64,000 nt of DNA. Origin: an uncultured Gemmatimonadales bacterium. Its GTDB lineage: Bacteria > Gemmatimonadota > Gemmatimonadetes > Longimicrobiales > RSA9. Positions 38,350 through 47,978 of the stretch are shown here, one piece after another (within the stretch, counting starts at the first letter, position 1; the number at the start of each line of letters is the position of its first letter). Position numbers and translations under genes: made by a program. Under the pieces are notes generated by a model. It was given only the letters and a program-made list of their open reading frames with translations, was not told the DNA's origin and made no database searches. The DNA lies in the NCBI GenBank assembly GCA_963783305.1, contig CAWAMW010000015.1, forward strand, positions 411,885-475,884. Reading direction: 5' to 3'.

Positions 38350-39680
38350 GTCGCCGATATCTGCTGGTCGGCTCGGGAATCGCCTCGCTGGCGGCGGCCG
38401 AGGCGATTCGCGAGGGGGATCCCGGTGGAGAGATCACCCTGGTGAGCGAGGAGCCCTACCCGTTCTACTCTCGGCCCGGGCTGGCGTACATGCTCGCCCG
38501 CGACGTCCCGCAGGTGCAGCTCTACCTCCGCCGCCCGGAGGAGATCGAGGCCCTGGAGATGAAGCGGGTGGAGGGGCGCGCGATGCACCTGCATGCGGAT
38601 GCCCACGACCTGCGACTCGCCGACGGGCGGTACCTGGGCTACGACCGCCTGCTCCTCGCCACGGGGGCCGCCTCGATTCCCGCCCCCTTCCCCGGGAGCA
38701 GCCTGGCCGGCGTCGTCCAGCTGGACGGCCTCGGCGACGCGCAGCGTCTCCTGCAGTACGTCCACCCGCGCCGGACGGCGGTGGTGATCGGGGGTGGAAG
38801 CACCGCCCTGGAGCTGGTCGAGGGGCTGCACCGGCGCGGCATGCGCGTTCACTATTTCCTGCGCGGGGAGCGCTACTGGTCGAAAGTGCTCGATCCGGAA
38901 GAATCACGGATCGTCGCCGAACGGCTGCGGGCCTCCGGGGTGCGTGTCCATACGGGCACGGAGATCCGCCGCGCCCTCGGGCGCCATGGCCGCCTGGAGA
39001 CGGTAGAGACCGCCGCCGGCGAGCGGCTCTCGTGCGACCTGCTGGCTGTCGCCATCGGGGTGCGGCCGCGGACCGGACTCGCCGGCTCCGCCGATCTCGA
39101 GGTGGACCGCGGGATCCACACGAGCCGTCAGATGATGGCCAGCCACCCCGACGTCTTCGCCGCCGGGGACGCCGCCGAGGTCGCGGGCCCCGACGGCGGG
39201 GCCGGCGACCTCGACACGCTCTGGTCGAGCGCGCTGGCGCAGGGGCGGATCGCCGGAGGGAACATGACCGGAGCCACGGCGGAGTACCGCCCCTCGGAAC
39301 CGCTGAACGTGACCTGCCTCGCGGGAGTGGTGACCACGATCATCGGCGCCGTCGGCGGGGGAGAGGACCCGGACCTCCTCACTCTGACGCGAGGGCAGAG
39401 CGAGCGCTGGCGGACGCCGGCGGGATCGTGGACGGCGGCCGCCGGCCACGGCGCTGACCGGATCCGCCTCGTGATCGACGACAGCAGCGTCGTCGGCGCG
39501 GTCGTCATGGGAGACCAGACCCACTCGGAGGCGATCAACGACCTCGTCCGTCAGCGGACGGACATCTCTGCCCTGCGCGACGCCCTCGTGACCGACCCGG
39601 AGGACGCCATCCCGACCCTGCTCGCCATGGGCCATTCGCACCTCCGCGCCCCCGACCCTGCGAACGGAGGTCGCAGGTGA
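38346..39680 (+). CDS. FAD/NAD(P)-dependent oxidoreductase (Pyr_redox_2; rubredoxin/ferredoxin-reductase-like)
   Basis: GTGA overlap; LLVGSGIAS, YSRPGL, DRLLLATGA, VVIGGGSTALE, AIGVRP, VFAAGD. Confidence 0.92.
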   Translation: MSRRYLLVGSGIASLAAAEAIREGDPGGEITLVSEEPYPFYSRPGLAYMLARDVPQVQLYLRRPEEIEALEMKRVEGRAMHLHADAHDLRLADGRYLGYDRLLLATGAASIPAPFPGSSLAGVVQLDGLGDAQRLLQYVHPRRTAVVIGGGSTALELVEGLHRRGMRVHYFLRGERYWSKVLDPEESRIVAERLRASGVRVHTGTEIRRALGRHGRLETVETAAGERLSCDLLAVAIGVRPRTGLAGSADLEVDRGIHTSRQMMASHPDVFAAGDAAEVAGPDGGAGDLDTLWSSALAQGRIAGGNMTGATAEYRPSEPLNVTCLAGVVTTIIGAVGGGEDPDLLTLTRGQSERWRTPAGSWTAAAGHGADRIRLVIDDSSVVGAVVMGDQTHSEAINDLVRQRTDISALRDALVTDPEDAIPTLLAMGHSHLRAPDPANGGRR

Positions 39681-40285
39681 ACCCCGTTACGGCCGCGCGC
39701 GAACGCGTTTTGCCTCCGGCCGCTCCGGCCGCGCCGCCGCCCGCGCCTCCGCGGGCACGGCGTGCCCCCGAGGCTGCGTGGGCGCTGGGAACGATCGCGG
39801 TGGCGGGGGCGGGCTACGGATTCGTGGCTCGGGCCGGGGCACCCGCCGCGGGCGGCCTCCTGGGCCACGGCCTCGGGATCGCCGGATTCCTCCTCATGCT
39901 CTTCGCGCAGGTCGGCTACTCGTGGAGAAAGCGCACCAGTCGAAGCGGCCCGGGACCCGTGCACCGGTGGATGCAGGCCCATGTCTACGCGGGCCTGGTG
40001 GGACCCTTCCTCGTCCTGCTGCACTCGGCCTTCGAGTTCCGTGGCGTCGCGGGCATCGCGGCGCTGCTGATGGGGATCGTCGTGCTGAGCGGGATCATGG
40101 GGCGCTTCGTCTACGGCTCCACCGAGCGCGTACTGGAGCCCGAGGGCCAGTGGGCTCACTGGAACCCTCGACGGCGCTGGCTCTCCCTCTGGTACGCCCT
40201 CCACGTGCCCCTCGCCCTCTCCCTGATCGCGCTGGCCACGGTGCACGTACTGGGCGCGCTCTACTACGCGACGCTGCTCAAGTGA
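39677..40285 (+). CDS. Membrane protein with four His in two helices (putative di-heme b, ferric-reductase-like TM domain)
   Basis: AHVYAGLVGPFLVLLHS and LHVPLALSLIALATVHV: two H-x13-H pairs; GTGA overlap with the upstream gene. Confidence 0.8.
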   Translation: MNPVTAARERVLPPAAPAAPPPAPPRARRAPEAAWALGTIAVAGAGYGFVARAGAPAAGGLLGHGLGIAGFLLMLFAQVGYSWRKRTSRSGPGPVHRWMQAHVYAGLVGPFLVLLHSAFEFRGVAGIAALLMGIVVLSGIMGRFVYGSTERVLEPEGQWAHWNPRRRWLSLWYALHVPLALSLIALATVHVLGALYYATLLK

Positions 40286-40298
40286 GTGAGGTGCCACG

Positions 40299-41429
40299 AT
40301 GCGATCGACTGCGGTAACCCGGTGGGGCCTTGCCGCCCTCGCACTGGTGCTCCTCGGGGTCCTCTTCGCGTGGCGCTCCTCGGGCGGGATGATGTTCAGC
40401 CCGGGGGAGCTGAGCGCAGCCTCCACGGCGGAGTCCACACTCGGCGGCATCGCTTCCCACGCGGAGCTCGCTCGCGACTGCGGCGCCTGCCACGTGCCGG
40501 CGTGGAGCGGCGGGACCATGAACGACCGCTGCCTCGCCTGCCATGCGGACGTGCGGCCCCAGCTCGCCGATACCACCACACTCCACGGAGCGCTGGCTGA
40601 CGCCGAGGACTGCCGATCCTGCCACACGGAGCACCACGGCGCCGACGCGGTCCTGACCCGGCTCGACGGGCTGGGCGCGTGGCACGACCAGTTCTCCTTC
40701 TCGCTGGCGGCCCACGAGACGACCGCGGGCGGTGACCCGTTCACGTGCGAGGACTGCCACACCGGGGGCGACTTCAGCGCCGCGGAGGGCGAGTGCCGAT
40801 CCTGCCACGCGGACGACCCGGGGGACTTCATGGTCGAGCACGTGCGCGCCTGGGGCGAAGAGTGCCTGGCGTGCCACGATGGCCTCCGCTTCGCCACCCC
40901 CTTCGACCACTCCAGCACGGGCTATCCGCTGGTGGGAGAGCACGCGGAGGTCGCCTGCACGGCGTGCCACGAGCGGGCCCATAGCCTGGAGGGCTTCAGG
41001 ACCGACGCCCGCACCTGCGAGAGCTGCCATGGCGACGACGACCCACACAACGGCGAGTTCGGCAATGCCTGTGGCGAGTGTCACACCGCCAGCGCGTGGG
41101 AGCCGGCGCAGTTCGACCACGACGTCTTCCCGATCGGACACGGCGCCCGCGGTGTGAACGACTGCGACGTGTGCCACCAGGACGGGCCGGCGACGTACGA
41201 GACCTACACCTGCTACGGCTGCCACGAGCACTCGCCCGCGCGGGTGAGGGCCGAGCATCGCGAGGAGGGCGTCCGGGACCGCGACATCGCGGACTGCGTA
41301 CGATGCCACAACACCCGCGAAGACGGGGAGCTCGACGAACGGGCGGACCGTCGCGAGCGCCGCGACGGCCGTGATCGCGAGGATCACGAGGATCGCGAGG
41401 ATCGCGAAGAGCACCACCACGATCGCTGA
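40299..41429 (+). CDS. Multiheme cytochrome c, 12 CxxCH motifs, N-terminal TM/signal
   Basis: CGACH, CLACH, CRSCH, CEDCH, CRSCH, CLACH, CTACH, CESCH, CGECH, CDVCH, CYGCH, CVRCH; charged His-rich tail. Confidence 0.95.
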   Translation: MRSTAVTRWGLAALALVLLGVLFAWRSSGGMMFSPGELSAASTAESTLGGIASHAELARDCGACHVPAWSGGTMNDRCLACHADVRPQLADTTTLHGALADAEDCRSCHTEHHGADAVLTRLDGLGAWHDQFSFSLAAHETTAGGDPFTCEDCHTGGDFSAAEGECRSCHADDPGDFMVEHVRAWGEECLACHDGLRFATPFDHSSTGYPLVGEHAEVACTACHERAHSLEGFRTDARTCESCHGDDDPHNGEFGNACGECHTASAWEPAQFDHDVFPIGHGARGVNDCDVCHQDGPATYETYTCYGCHEHSPARVRAEHREEGVRDRDIADCVRCHNTREDGELDERADRRERRDGRDREDHEDREDREEHHHDR

Positions 41430-41486
41430 ACCGGCGGACCCGGGCGTCTCGCTCTGGCCGCGTAACCTTCAATCGGTGGAGTCACC

Positions 41487-42545
41487 ATGCAGACCAAGAC
41501 ACTGTTGCTCGGCACCCTGATCACCCTGGTCGCCTGCGGCGGCGACCGTCCGGCCGGAACCGAGGCGGCGCCCGACCTGGGCGTGAGCGCGGAGGCGCTC
41601 GTGGGCTTCCAGCCGCTGCCGACCGACTTCGCCTCCGACCTGAACCCGTCCACCCCCGAGAAGGTGGCGCTGGGACGCATGCTCTACTACGACACCCGCG
41701 TCTCCGCGAGCGGCGACGTCTCCTGCTACGTCTGCCACCCCCTCCACGACTACGGCACGAGCCACCGTCGGACCGGCGTGGGGCACGACGGGCTCCAGGG
41801 CGGCCGCAACGAGCCCACCGTCTTCAACGCCGCGGGCCATCTTTCGCAGTTCTGGGATGGCCGGGCCCCCGATGTCGAGGCCCAGGCCCTCGGTCCCGTG
41901 CTCAACCCCGTGGAGATGGGCATGGCCGACGGGGACGAAGTGATCGCCGTCCTGAAGGGAGTCCCCGGGTACGCGACCGCCTTCGGCGCCGCATTCCCCG
42001 ACGAGAGCGACCCGATCACCTTCGAGAACTTCGGCCGCGCCATCGGCGCCTTCGAGCGGGGCCTGGTGACCCCGTCGCGGTGGGACGCCTTCCTCGGCGG
42101 CGACGCCGAGGCCCTCACGCCCGAGGAGAAGGCGGGCTTCACTACCTTCGTCGAAGCGGGCTGCGGCCAGTGCCATACCGGCGCGCTCGTCGGCGGCTCC
42201 CTGTATCAGAAGGCCGGCCTCGTCCAGCCGTGGTTCAGCACGGCCGACGCCGGCCGCTTCAGCGAGACGAACAACCCCGCCGACAGCCTCGTCTTCAAGG
42301 TGCCCTCGCTGCGCAACGTGGAGGAGACGTGGCCGTACTTCCACGACGGCTCCGTGCAGCGCCTTGAGGAAGCCGTGCGGCTGATGGGATGGCACCAGCT
42401 GGGAACCGAGCTCGACGACGACCAGATCGCCGCCATCACGCTGTGGCTCCGCACCCTCACCGGCCCGGTCGACTGGGAGTACATCAACGAGCCGTCGCTG
42501 CCCGCGTCCCCCGCGCCCGCCCGCACTGGCGTGGCGCTGCAGTAG
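41487..42545 (+). CDS. Di-heme cytochrome c peroxidase (CCP/MauG family), lipoprotein
   Basis: Lipobox LVA-C; CYVCH, RNEPTVFNA, QFWDGRA, NPVEMG, CGQCH, FKVPSLRNV, PYFHDGS. Confidence 0.95.
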   Translation: MQTKTLLLGTLITLVACGGDRPAGTEAAPDLGVSAEALVGFQPLPTDFASDLNPSTPEKVALGRMLYYDTRVSASGDVSCYVCHPLHDYGTSHRRTGVGHDGLQGGRNEPTVFNAAGHLSQFWDGRAPDVEAQALGPVLNPVEMGMADGDEVIAVLKGVPGYATAFGAAFPDESDPITFENFGRAIGAFERGLVTPSRWDAFLGGDAEALTPEEKAGFTTFVEAGCGQCHTGALVGGSLYQKAGLVQPWFSTADAGRFSETNNPADSLVFKVPSLRNVEETWPYFHDGSVQRLEEAVRLMGWHQLGTELDDDQIAAITLWLRTLTGPVDWEYINEPSLPASPAPARTGVALQ

Positions 42546-42578
42546 TCACGGCCGACTCACTCAAGGGAGAGACCGCGC

Positions 42579-43064
42579 ATGTGGAAGAAGATCGCGCTGT
42601 ACACGGGGGTGGCCCTGCTCGTACTCCTCGTCGCCGCTCAGTTCGTGCCCATCGGGGGGGCCGCCGATAACCCGCCTGTCGAGGAGGAGGTCGCGGTCAC
42701 TCCCGAGCTCGCCCACGTTCTCCGGACCGCGTGCTACGACTGCCACTCGTACGCGACCGAGTGGCCCTGGTACAGCCGCGTGGCCCCCGCACGCTGGTTG
42801 GTGCGGCACGACGTCAACGAAGGCCGCGAGAAGCTGAACTTCACGACCTGGAACCGCTACGACGCCAGGGAGCGCGCGCACGCCTGGGAGGAAGTGGCGG
42901 AAGTCCTCGACGAGGGCGGCATGCCACCATGGTTCTACGTGCCGCTGCATCCCCACGCCAACCTCTCCGCGGAGCAGATCGCCATCCTGCGCGACTGGGC
43001 CGTGCGGCACGCGGGCAGCAGCCCTGAGGGAGCGGCAGAGTCCGCGGCGCTGACGCTCCGGTAG
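42579..43064 (+). CDS. Heme-binding (Haem_bd) monoheme protein
   Basis: ACYDCHS..T.WPWYS.VAP..W, EGR.KLNF, MPPWFY..LH. Confidence 0.9.
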   Translation: MWKKIALYTGVALLVLLVAAQFVPIGGAADNPPVEEEVAVTPELAHVLRTACYDCHSYATEWPWYSRVAPARWLVRHDVNEGREKLNFTTWNRYDARERAHAWEEVAEVLDEGGMPPWFYVPLHPHANLSAEQIAILRDWAVRHAGSSPEGAAESAALTLR

Positions 43065-43219
43065 AGGAGCGTCAGCCCGCGGCTTCCAAGTCCGCCGGGG
43101 GCCTGCGCCCAGGGGCTGCGCGGGCCACCGGACCGTACCGCCCCCCACCAGGGCCGGCCTTGACTCCGGTGTCCGGATCCCCTAATAATGATTAGTCCAT
43201 TCACCTATGAGGAGCCGCC

Positions 43220-43825
43220 ATGCCCCAGGTTCTCAAGGACGAAGTCGAGCAGCGCATCCGCGACGCCGCCCTGGCGGAGTTCGCCGAGGGCGGATTCGGC
43301 ACGGCGCGGATGAGTGACATCGCCCGGCGGGCGGGCGTCTCGGCGGGGAACATCTACCACTATTTCCCTGGCAAGCAGGCGCTGTTCGAGGCCGTGGTCC
43401 CCGGCACCCTCGCCCGTCGGCTGCGGGCGCTGCTGGAGGAGCGTGTACGCGCGTCGGCGACACAGGAGGGCGCGCGCCCGGAGACGGGAACCCCGTGGGG
43501 CGAGGCCGCGGAGGCTACGGTGTCGTTTGCGCTGGAGAACCCCCGGGCCACCGTGATCCTGCTGGGGCGCGCGGAGGGAACGGCGTACGCCGGCCTGGCC
43601 GAGGAGGTCGTGGGGATGCTGGTGCGAGCCGCCGTCAGCCGGGTGGAACGGGCGGGACGGGTCGTGCCGGAAACCCTCCGCTTCGATGTGGAGCAGGCGT
43701 ACCGCGCCTACGTCGCCGCGTGGGTGCGGATTCTGGAGCGCTTCGCCGATCCCGCGGCCTTCCGCGAGGCCCTCGCCGGCTACGAGCGCTACCACCTGGA
43801 GGGGCTGCGCGCCCTCCTCGGCTGA
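43220..43825 (+). CDS. TetR/AcrR-family regulator
   Basis: MPQVLKDEVEQRIRDAA...FAEGGF...MSDIARRAGVSAGNIYHYFPGK; sigma70-like TTGACT-N17-TAATAA at 43160-43188. Confidence 0.93.
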   Translation: MPQVLKDEVEQRIRDAALAEFAEGGFGTARMSDIARRAGVSAGNIYHYFPGKQALFEAVVPGTLARRLRALLEERVRASATQEGARPETGTPWGEAAEATVSFALENPRATVILLGRAEGTAYAGLAEEVVGMLVRAAVSRVERAGRVVPETLRFDVEQAYRAYVAAWVRILERFADPAAFREALAGYERYHLEGLRALLG

Positions 43826-43878
43826 ATTTCTGGTGTCACAAAAATGAAGGGTTTGTTCAGTTAACCCCGGGAGTGGTG

Positions 43879-44799
43879 ATGCGAGCACGAATTCTGGTCA
43901 TGGGCGCAACGGGAGAGGTGGGAGGACGGGTGCTGCGGGGGCTGCGGGAGCGGGGCGAGGCGGTGGTGGGGGCATCGCGGGACCCGGCGGCGGCCGCGTC
44001 GCGAGCTGGTGGGGAGTGGGTCGAGCTCGACCTGGAGCGTCCGCGGACGTTCGGTCCGGCGCTCGAGGGCGTGGACCGCCTATTCCTGGTGGCGCGGCCT
44101 GGCGATGACGACCCCGACGTGCCCGCGGCGCCGCTTCTGGGCGCGGCGTGTGAGGCGGGGGTGTCGCGGGTGGTGAGCCTGACGGCCATCGGCGTGGAAG
44201 CGGAGCCGGAGTTCGGCCTGCGTCGCCTGGAGCTGCTGGTGGAGGCGTCGGGGCTGGAGTTCACGCACCTCCGTCCGAACTTCTTCATGCAGATTTTCGC
44301 CGCGCCCCCGCTGCTCCCGGCGATCCGGGCAACGGGGGCGCTCCGGATCCCGGCCGGGGACGCGCGGCTGTCCTACGTGGATACGCGGGACATCGCGGAC
44401 GTGGCCGTGGCCGTGCTCACGGGCGAGGAGCGCGGCGGGCGCGCCTGGACGTTGACCGGCCCCGAGTCGCTGCATCATCGCGACGTGGCCCGGCACCTCT
44501 CCGAGGCCTCCGGCGCCGCGATCCGGTACGAGGCGCTGACGGAGGAGCAGGCCGCCGGGCAGATGGCGGCCGCGGGGCTTGGCGCCGCCCGTGTGGAGCG
44601 GCTTCTGGGCTTCTACCGTCGGGTGCGCGCCGGGTTCGGCGCGGCTGTCCATGCCGACGTCGAGCGGGTCCTCGGCCGCCCCGCCCGCCCGTTCACGGGC
44701 TTCGCCGCGGACTGGGCGGCCGGCCAGGGCCGTCAGACCCTGACCCGCCGCGCCCCAGCGGTACGAAGAAGTCCAGCGGCCGCCGGAGCAGGTGGGTGA
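43879..44799 (+). CDS. NmrA-like atypical SDR (NAD(P)H-binding)
   Basis: ILVMGATGEVG, LRPNFFMQ, YVDTRDIADVA, LTGPESL. Confidence 0.9.
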   Translation: MRARILVMGATGEVGGRVLRGLRERGEAVVGASRDPAAAASRAGGEWVELDLERPRTFGPALEGVDRLFLVARPGDDDPDVPAAPLLGAACEAGVSRVVSLTAIGVEAEPEFGLRRLELLVEASGLEFTHLRPNFFMQIFAAPPLLPAIRATGALRIPAGDARLSYVDTRDIADVAVAVLTGEERGGRAWTLTGPESLHHRDVARHLSEASGAAIRYEALTEEQAAGQMAAAGLGAARVERLLGFYRRVRAGFGAAVHADVERVLGRPARPFTGFAADWAAGQGRQTLTRRAPAVRRSPAAAGAGG

Positions 44800-46735
44800 G
44801 GAGCCCGCGGAGCAGCGCCCGGGTCTCTCCGAACGTGACGCGCCTGGACTCCATGGCCAACGCCAGGCTGAGCCCGAAGCTCACCAGGAAGTTCACCAGG
44901 CCAATGAGCATGATACCGAGTGTGAGCGTGAGCACCGTCCAGACGGGTACGCTCCACTCCAGGCCTTCCATGGCGAGGCCGAAGTGTGCCGACGAGAAGG
45001 CGATGTGCCGGATATCGAACGGCAGGCCCAGGATCTCTCCGACGGTCCCCGCGGAGCCCAGGGCAAACCCCAGGAATACGTTCCCCGCGAGCACGCCGAG
45101 GTTCCGGTCCACCCGGTCCGCCACTCGCGCCGTCCGCTCCGGCCCCAGGACTCGCCGGAGCCGCAGGTTGCGGGAGAGCCGGAAAGGGATCTGACCGTAC
45201 CGGTTCCGATTGTCCACGTACCCGGCCACGAGGCCCGCCCCGAAGAGGAAGACCCCCGCAACGGCCGCATAGGCGAGAGCGCCGCTCTCCCATGGGTGCA
45301 GCTCCTGGAGGAGCGCGAGGGCCTTCCCGGGGGTCGCCGGATCCGTACCCGTCAGCCAGCGGAACCCGTACGCCAGCGCCATCGCGGCCGGGAACGCCAT
45401 GACCAGGTTGCCGACGAAGGAGACGAACTGGCTCCGCCACGTCCTGACTACGAGCTCCTCCAGAGCGTCAATGTTGTGGCGGGTGGTCTCGCCGATGGTG
45501 CGCGCGATGGTATTGGCGGTCATGGCGGGCTGCTTCGTGGCGAGCGTCGCCCCCGTGAGGTAGATCAGGACGAAGCAGATGGAGTAGTTGACGCCGAACA
45601 GGATCGCCTCGGCGGCCAGGGAGACATCGAGCCGATCGAGGAGGACCTTGAAGAGCGCGAACACCGCCACGAGGAGTCCGCCCCCGAGGCTCGACAGGAA
45701 GAAGCGCCCGTACTCCGCCGGGGAGCGGGTGATGTAGCGGCTCCCCTTCCGCGCTGCGAACTCCACCACCTGGTACGCCAGGAGGTCGGCGCTCTCCCGG
45801 ACGTGGGGGATGACCTGGTTCCGGGTGTTGACCGCCCGGACGAGGGTCTGGAACAGCCGCACCGCGCCCCCCTGGAAGTCGCGCTCCACGGGCTCGGTCA
45901 GGTGCAGGAGCATGTCCAGGCGCTCGATCTGCAGCATGAGGCGATATGACAGGATCGTCAGCCCCAGGCTCGTACCGAACTTGTCCTTTTCAGCGCGCAG
46001 CACACCTACGGCTTCGCGGCACTCCGCCAGGCGCGCCAGCGCCTCATCGAGAAGCGGCTCCTCGTCACCGACGACCTCGTTCTCGAAGCTCTCGAGGTAG
46101 CGGAACACGGTCGTGCTGATGGCGAGGAACGGGGAGTCGGGCCCTTCCAGGTGCGGCAGCCGCTCCGTGATCTCGGGCTGCAGCCCCAGGCTGGCAACGT
46201 GGTGGGCCAGCACGCGGATGGCGCTGGCCAGTCCGGGGTCCGCACCCACCACGGACTCCGCGGTGATCCCGAGCGCGTCGAGCAGGCGCGCCCAGAGCCC
46301 GGTCGGCACGGCGCGGACCCAGACGTGGTCGTCCTCGCGTGGAAAGACCGCGTCAATGATGCCGGTGAGGCTCCCGGGGTCCTGCGCGTCCGGCAGGAGC
46401 CGCTGCCCCAGCCGGCCGAACAACTCGCTCCAGAACCCCCGGTTGCCACTGGGGATGCCTGCATCGGTCAGGGTGTGACCGGTCCGCGCCTCCCGGAGCA
46501 CGTGCCGGAGCAGCGTGCCGAGAGCGGCCCCGTCCTCCGCGCCCTCCGTCTCCAGGTACCTGACGAGAGATTCCGCGCCCCCGGCCGGCCTCCCGCGGGC
46601 GGGACGGAGCGTCGACACCAGGTACGCCAGGGCCCGGACCCCGCCCTCCGAGGCCGCCAGGTCCTGCACGCGCGTGAGGACGTCACGCCACGAGTCGTCG
46701 GGGAGCGCGGCTTCAGCTCCGGGTGGAAGAGGCAA
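44693..46735 (-). CDS. Gcr / 'SpecificRecomb'-family polytopic membrane protein
   Basis: G..YITR, GATLATKQPAMTA, RSQFVSFVGN, GLPFDIRHIAFSS, NFLVSFGLSL. Confidence 0.88.
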   Translation of the reverse strand: MPLPPGAEAALPDDSWRDVLTRVQDLAASEGGVRALAYLVSTLRPARGRPAGGAESLVRYLETEGAEDGAALGTLLRHVLREARTGHTLTDAGIPSGNRGFWSELFGRLGQRLLPDAQDPGSLTGIIDAVFPREDDHVWVRAVPTGLWARLLDALGITAESVVGADPGLASAIRVLAHHVASLGLQPEITERLPHLEGPDSPFLAISTTVFRYLESFENEVVGDEEPLLDEALARLAECREAVGVLRAEKDKFGTSLGLTILSYRLMLQIERLDMLLHLTEPVERDFQGGAVRLFQTLVRAVNTRNQVIPHVRESADLLAYQVVEFAARKGSRYITRSPAEYGRFFLSSLGGGLLVAVFALFKVLLDRLDVSLAAEAILFGVNYSICFVLIYLTGATLATKQPAMTANTIARTIGETTRHNIDALEELVVRTWRSQFVSFVGNLVMAFPAAMALAYGFRWLTGTDPATPGKALALLQELHPWESGALAYAAVAGVFLFGAGLVAGYVDNRNRYGQIPFRLSRNLRLRRVLGPERTARVADRVDRNLGVLAGNVFLGFALGSAGTVGEILGLPFDIRHIAFSSAHFGLAMEGLEWSVPVWTVLTLTLGIMLIGLVNFLVSFGLSLALAMESRRVTFGETRALLRGLLTHLLRRPLDFFVPLGRGGSGSDGPGRPPSPRRSP

Positions 46736-46826
46736 GATCGGCTGGCGGTATCGTGAGCAGTCGCCCCGCGGGGTCGGGGGCGAAAGATGGCGGTCCGCTC
46801 ATGACCCCGCCAGCCGGCGTCTGCTC

Positions 46827-47429
46827 CTACGCCCAGTTGACCATGGCGATGTCCTCCAGGTCGTCCACGATCAGCTCCATGGAATCGGGGGCGACGCGCT
46901 CGAAGCTGTCGAAATCGTCGCTGGTGGACTCCACGCCCCGCCCCACGCTGTAGCCCTCCGGGAAGGTGGTGACCCAGGAGAGGCTGGAGAGCATGGGATC
47001 CTTCACATAGACGACGCCGTACCATCCGGCCACGCCCAGGATCGCGTCCTCCCATATGAAATCATCGCCGGTGCCCGCGTCCTGGTCTGTGGTCAGGATG
47101 ACGAGGCCCACGCCCAGTCGGCCGTAGTTCAGCGCGACGTCCGGGGGCGGCGCCTCGAGCGAAACGCGGAACCGGGTGCCCCCATCCGTCAGCTCCCCCT
47201 CCCCCAGCACGTACGAGTAGTCGGGGTCCGTGGCCGACACCACCCACACCACCAGAACCCGGGCGTCGGCGGGGATCGCTGCGCCGGAGCGATTTACGAC
47301 CCTGCCGGCGACCACGATGTCGTCGCCGTCCGGTTCCAGCTCCTTCTCCAGGGCGGTGGTGGATTCGCAGGCGGTGGTGGCCAGGAGGAGGAGAAGCAGG
47401 GCCAGCGGCGAGGCGATTCGGTTTTGCAT
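46827..47429 (-). CDS. Hypothetical lipoprotein
   Basis: GGAGG RBS; LLLLLATTA-C lipobox; beta-rich. Confidence 0.75.
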   Translation of the reverse strand: MQNRIASPLALLLLLLATTACESTTALEKELEPDGDDIVVAGRVVNRSGAAIPADARVLVVWVVSATDPDYSYVLGEGELTDGGTRFRVSLEAPPPDVALNYGRLGVGLVILTTDQDAGTGDDFIWEDAILGVAGWYGVVYVKDPMLSSLSWVTTFPEGYSVGRGVESTSDDFDSFERVAPDSMELIVDDLEDIAMVNWA

Positions 47430-47810
47430 GAGAGAGACCTCCGGGGGGTACGGTCCGCGACAGGCCGGCGCGGGTGCGGTGTCCTGGGGTCGCAGGGGGT
47501 ACGCCCCGATCCACATTCGGTCGCGACTCATGACGGCGCAAGGGTCACGTTCCCCGCAATGCCGGCTCGAACGCCTCGGTCATCCACCCGTTCGTCGGCC
47601 TCACGGTCGGAGCGAAGGTCCACTTCTTCGCGCGCGACCGGCTCGAGTTGAAGTAGCCCGGATTCAGGCGCCGCGGCGGGTCGGAGAAGGCCACGTTGAT
47701 CCCGCTCCCCTCCCGACCGCCTCGCAGACCCAGCGCCCCGGGGATTCCCCCACACGGATCCCAGCGCATCCCTTACGGCACGCGGCGGGTGACCACCGCA
47801 CTATAGCGGT

Positions 47811-47978
47811 ATGGAGTTCCTCAACTTCCTGATCATCCTGGCGGCGGGCTGGCTGGTGTGGCGACGGCCGGAGCGGGAGCGGCTGGCGTTCGTGCTCCTC
47901 GTCGTGAGCTTCCTGCTCATGGCGCTGGTCTTCCTGATCGGCACCCACACGTCGTTCGTGCCGGGGGTGAACCTGTGA
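47811..47978 (+). CDS. dba: 55-aa two-TM DsbI accessory protein (Dba-like); not in ORF track
   Basis: MEFLNFLIILAAGWLVWRRPERERLAFVLLVVSFLLMALVFLIGTHTSFVPGVNL; GTGA overlap with the dsbI-like gene. Confidence 0.8.
   Translation: MEFLNFLIILAAGWLVWRRPERERLAFVLLVVSFLLMALVFLIGTHTSFVPGVNL

Noticed and set aside
44693..46735. 'Site-specific recombinase' as evidence of a mobile element
   Set aside because: The protein is a polytopic membrane protein with no tyrosine- or serine-recombinase motifs; no att sites or cargo boundaries are seen.
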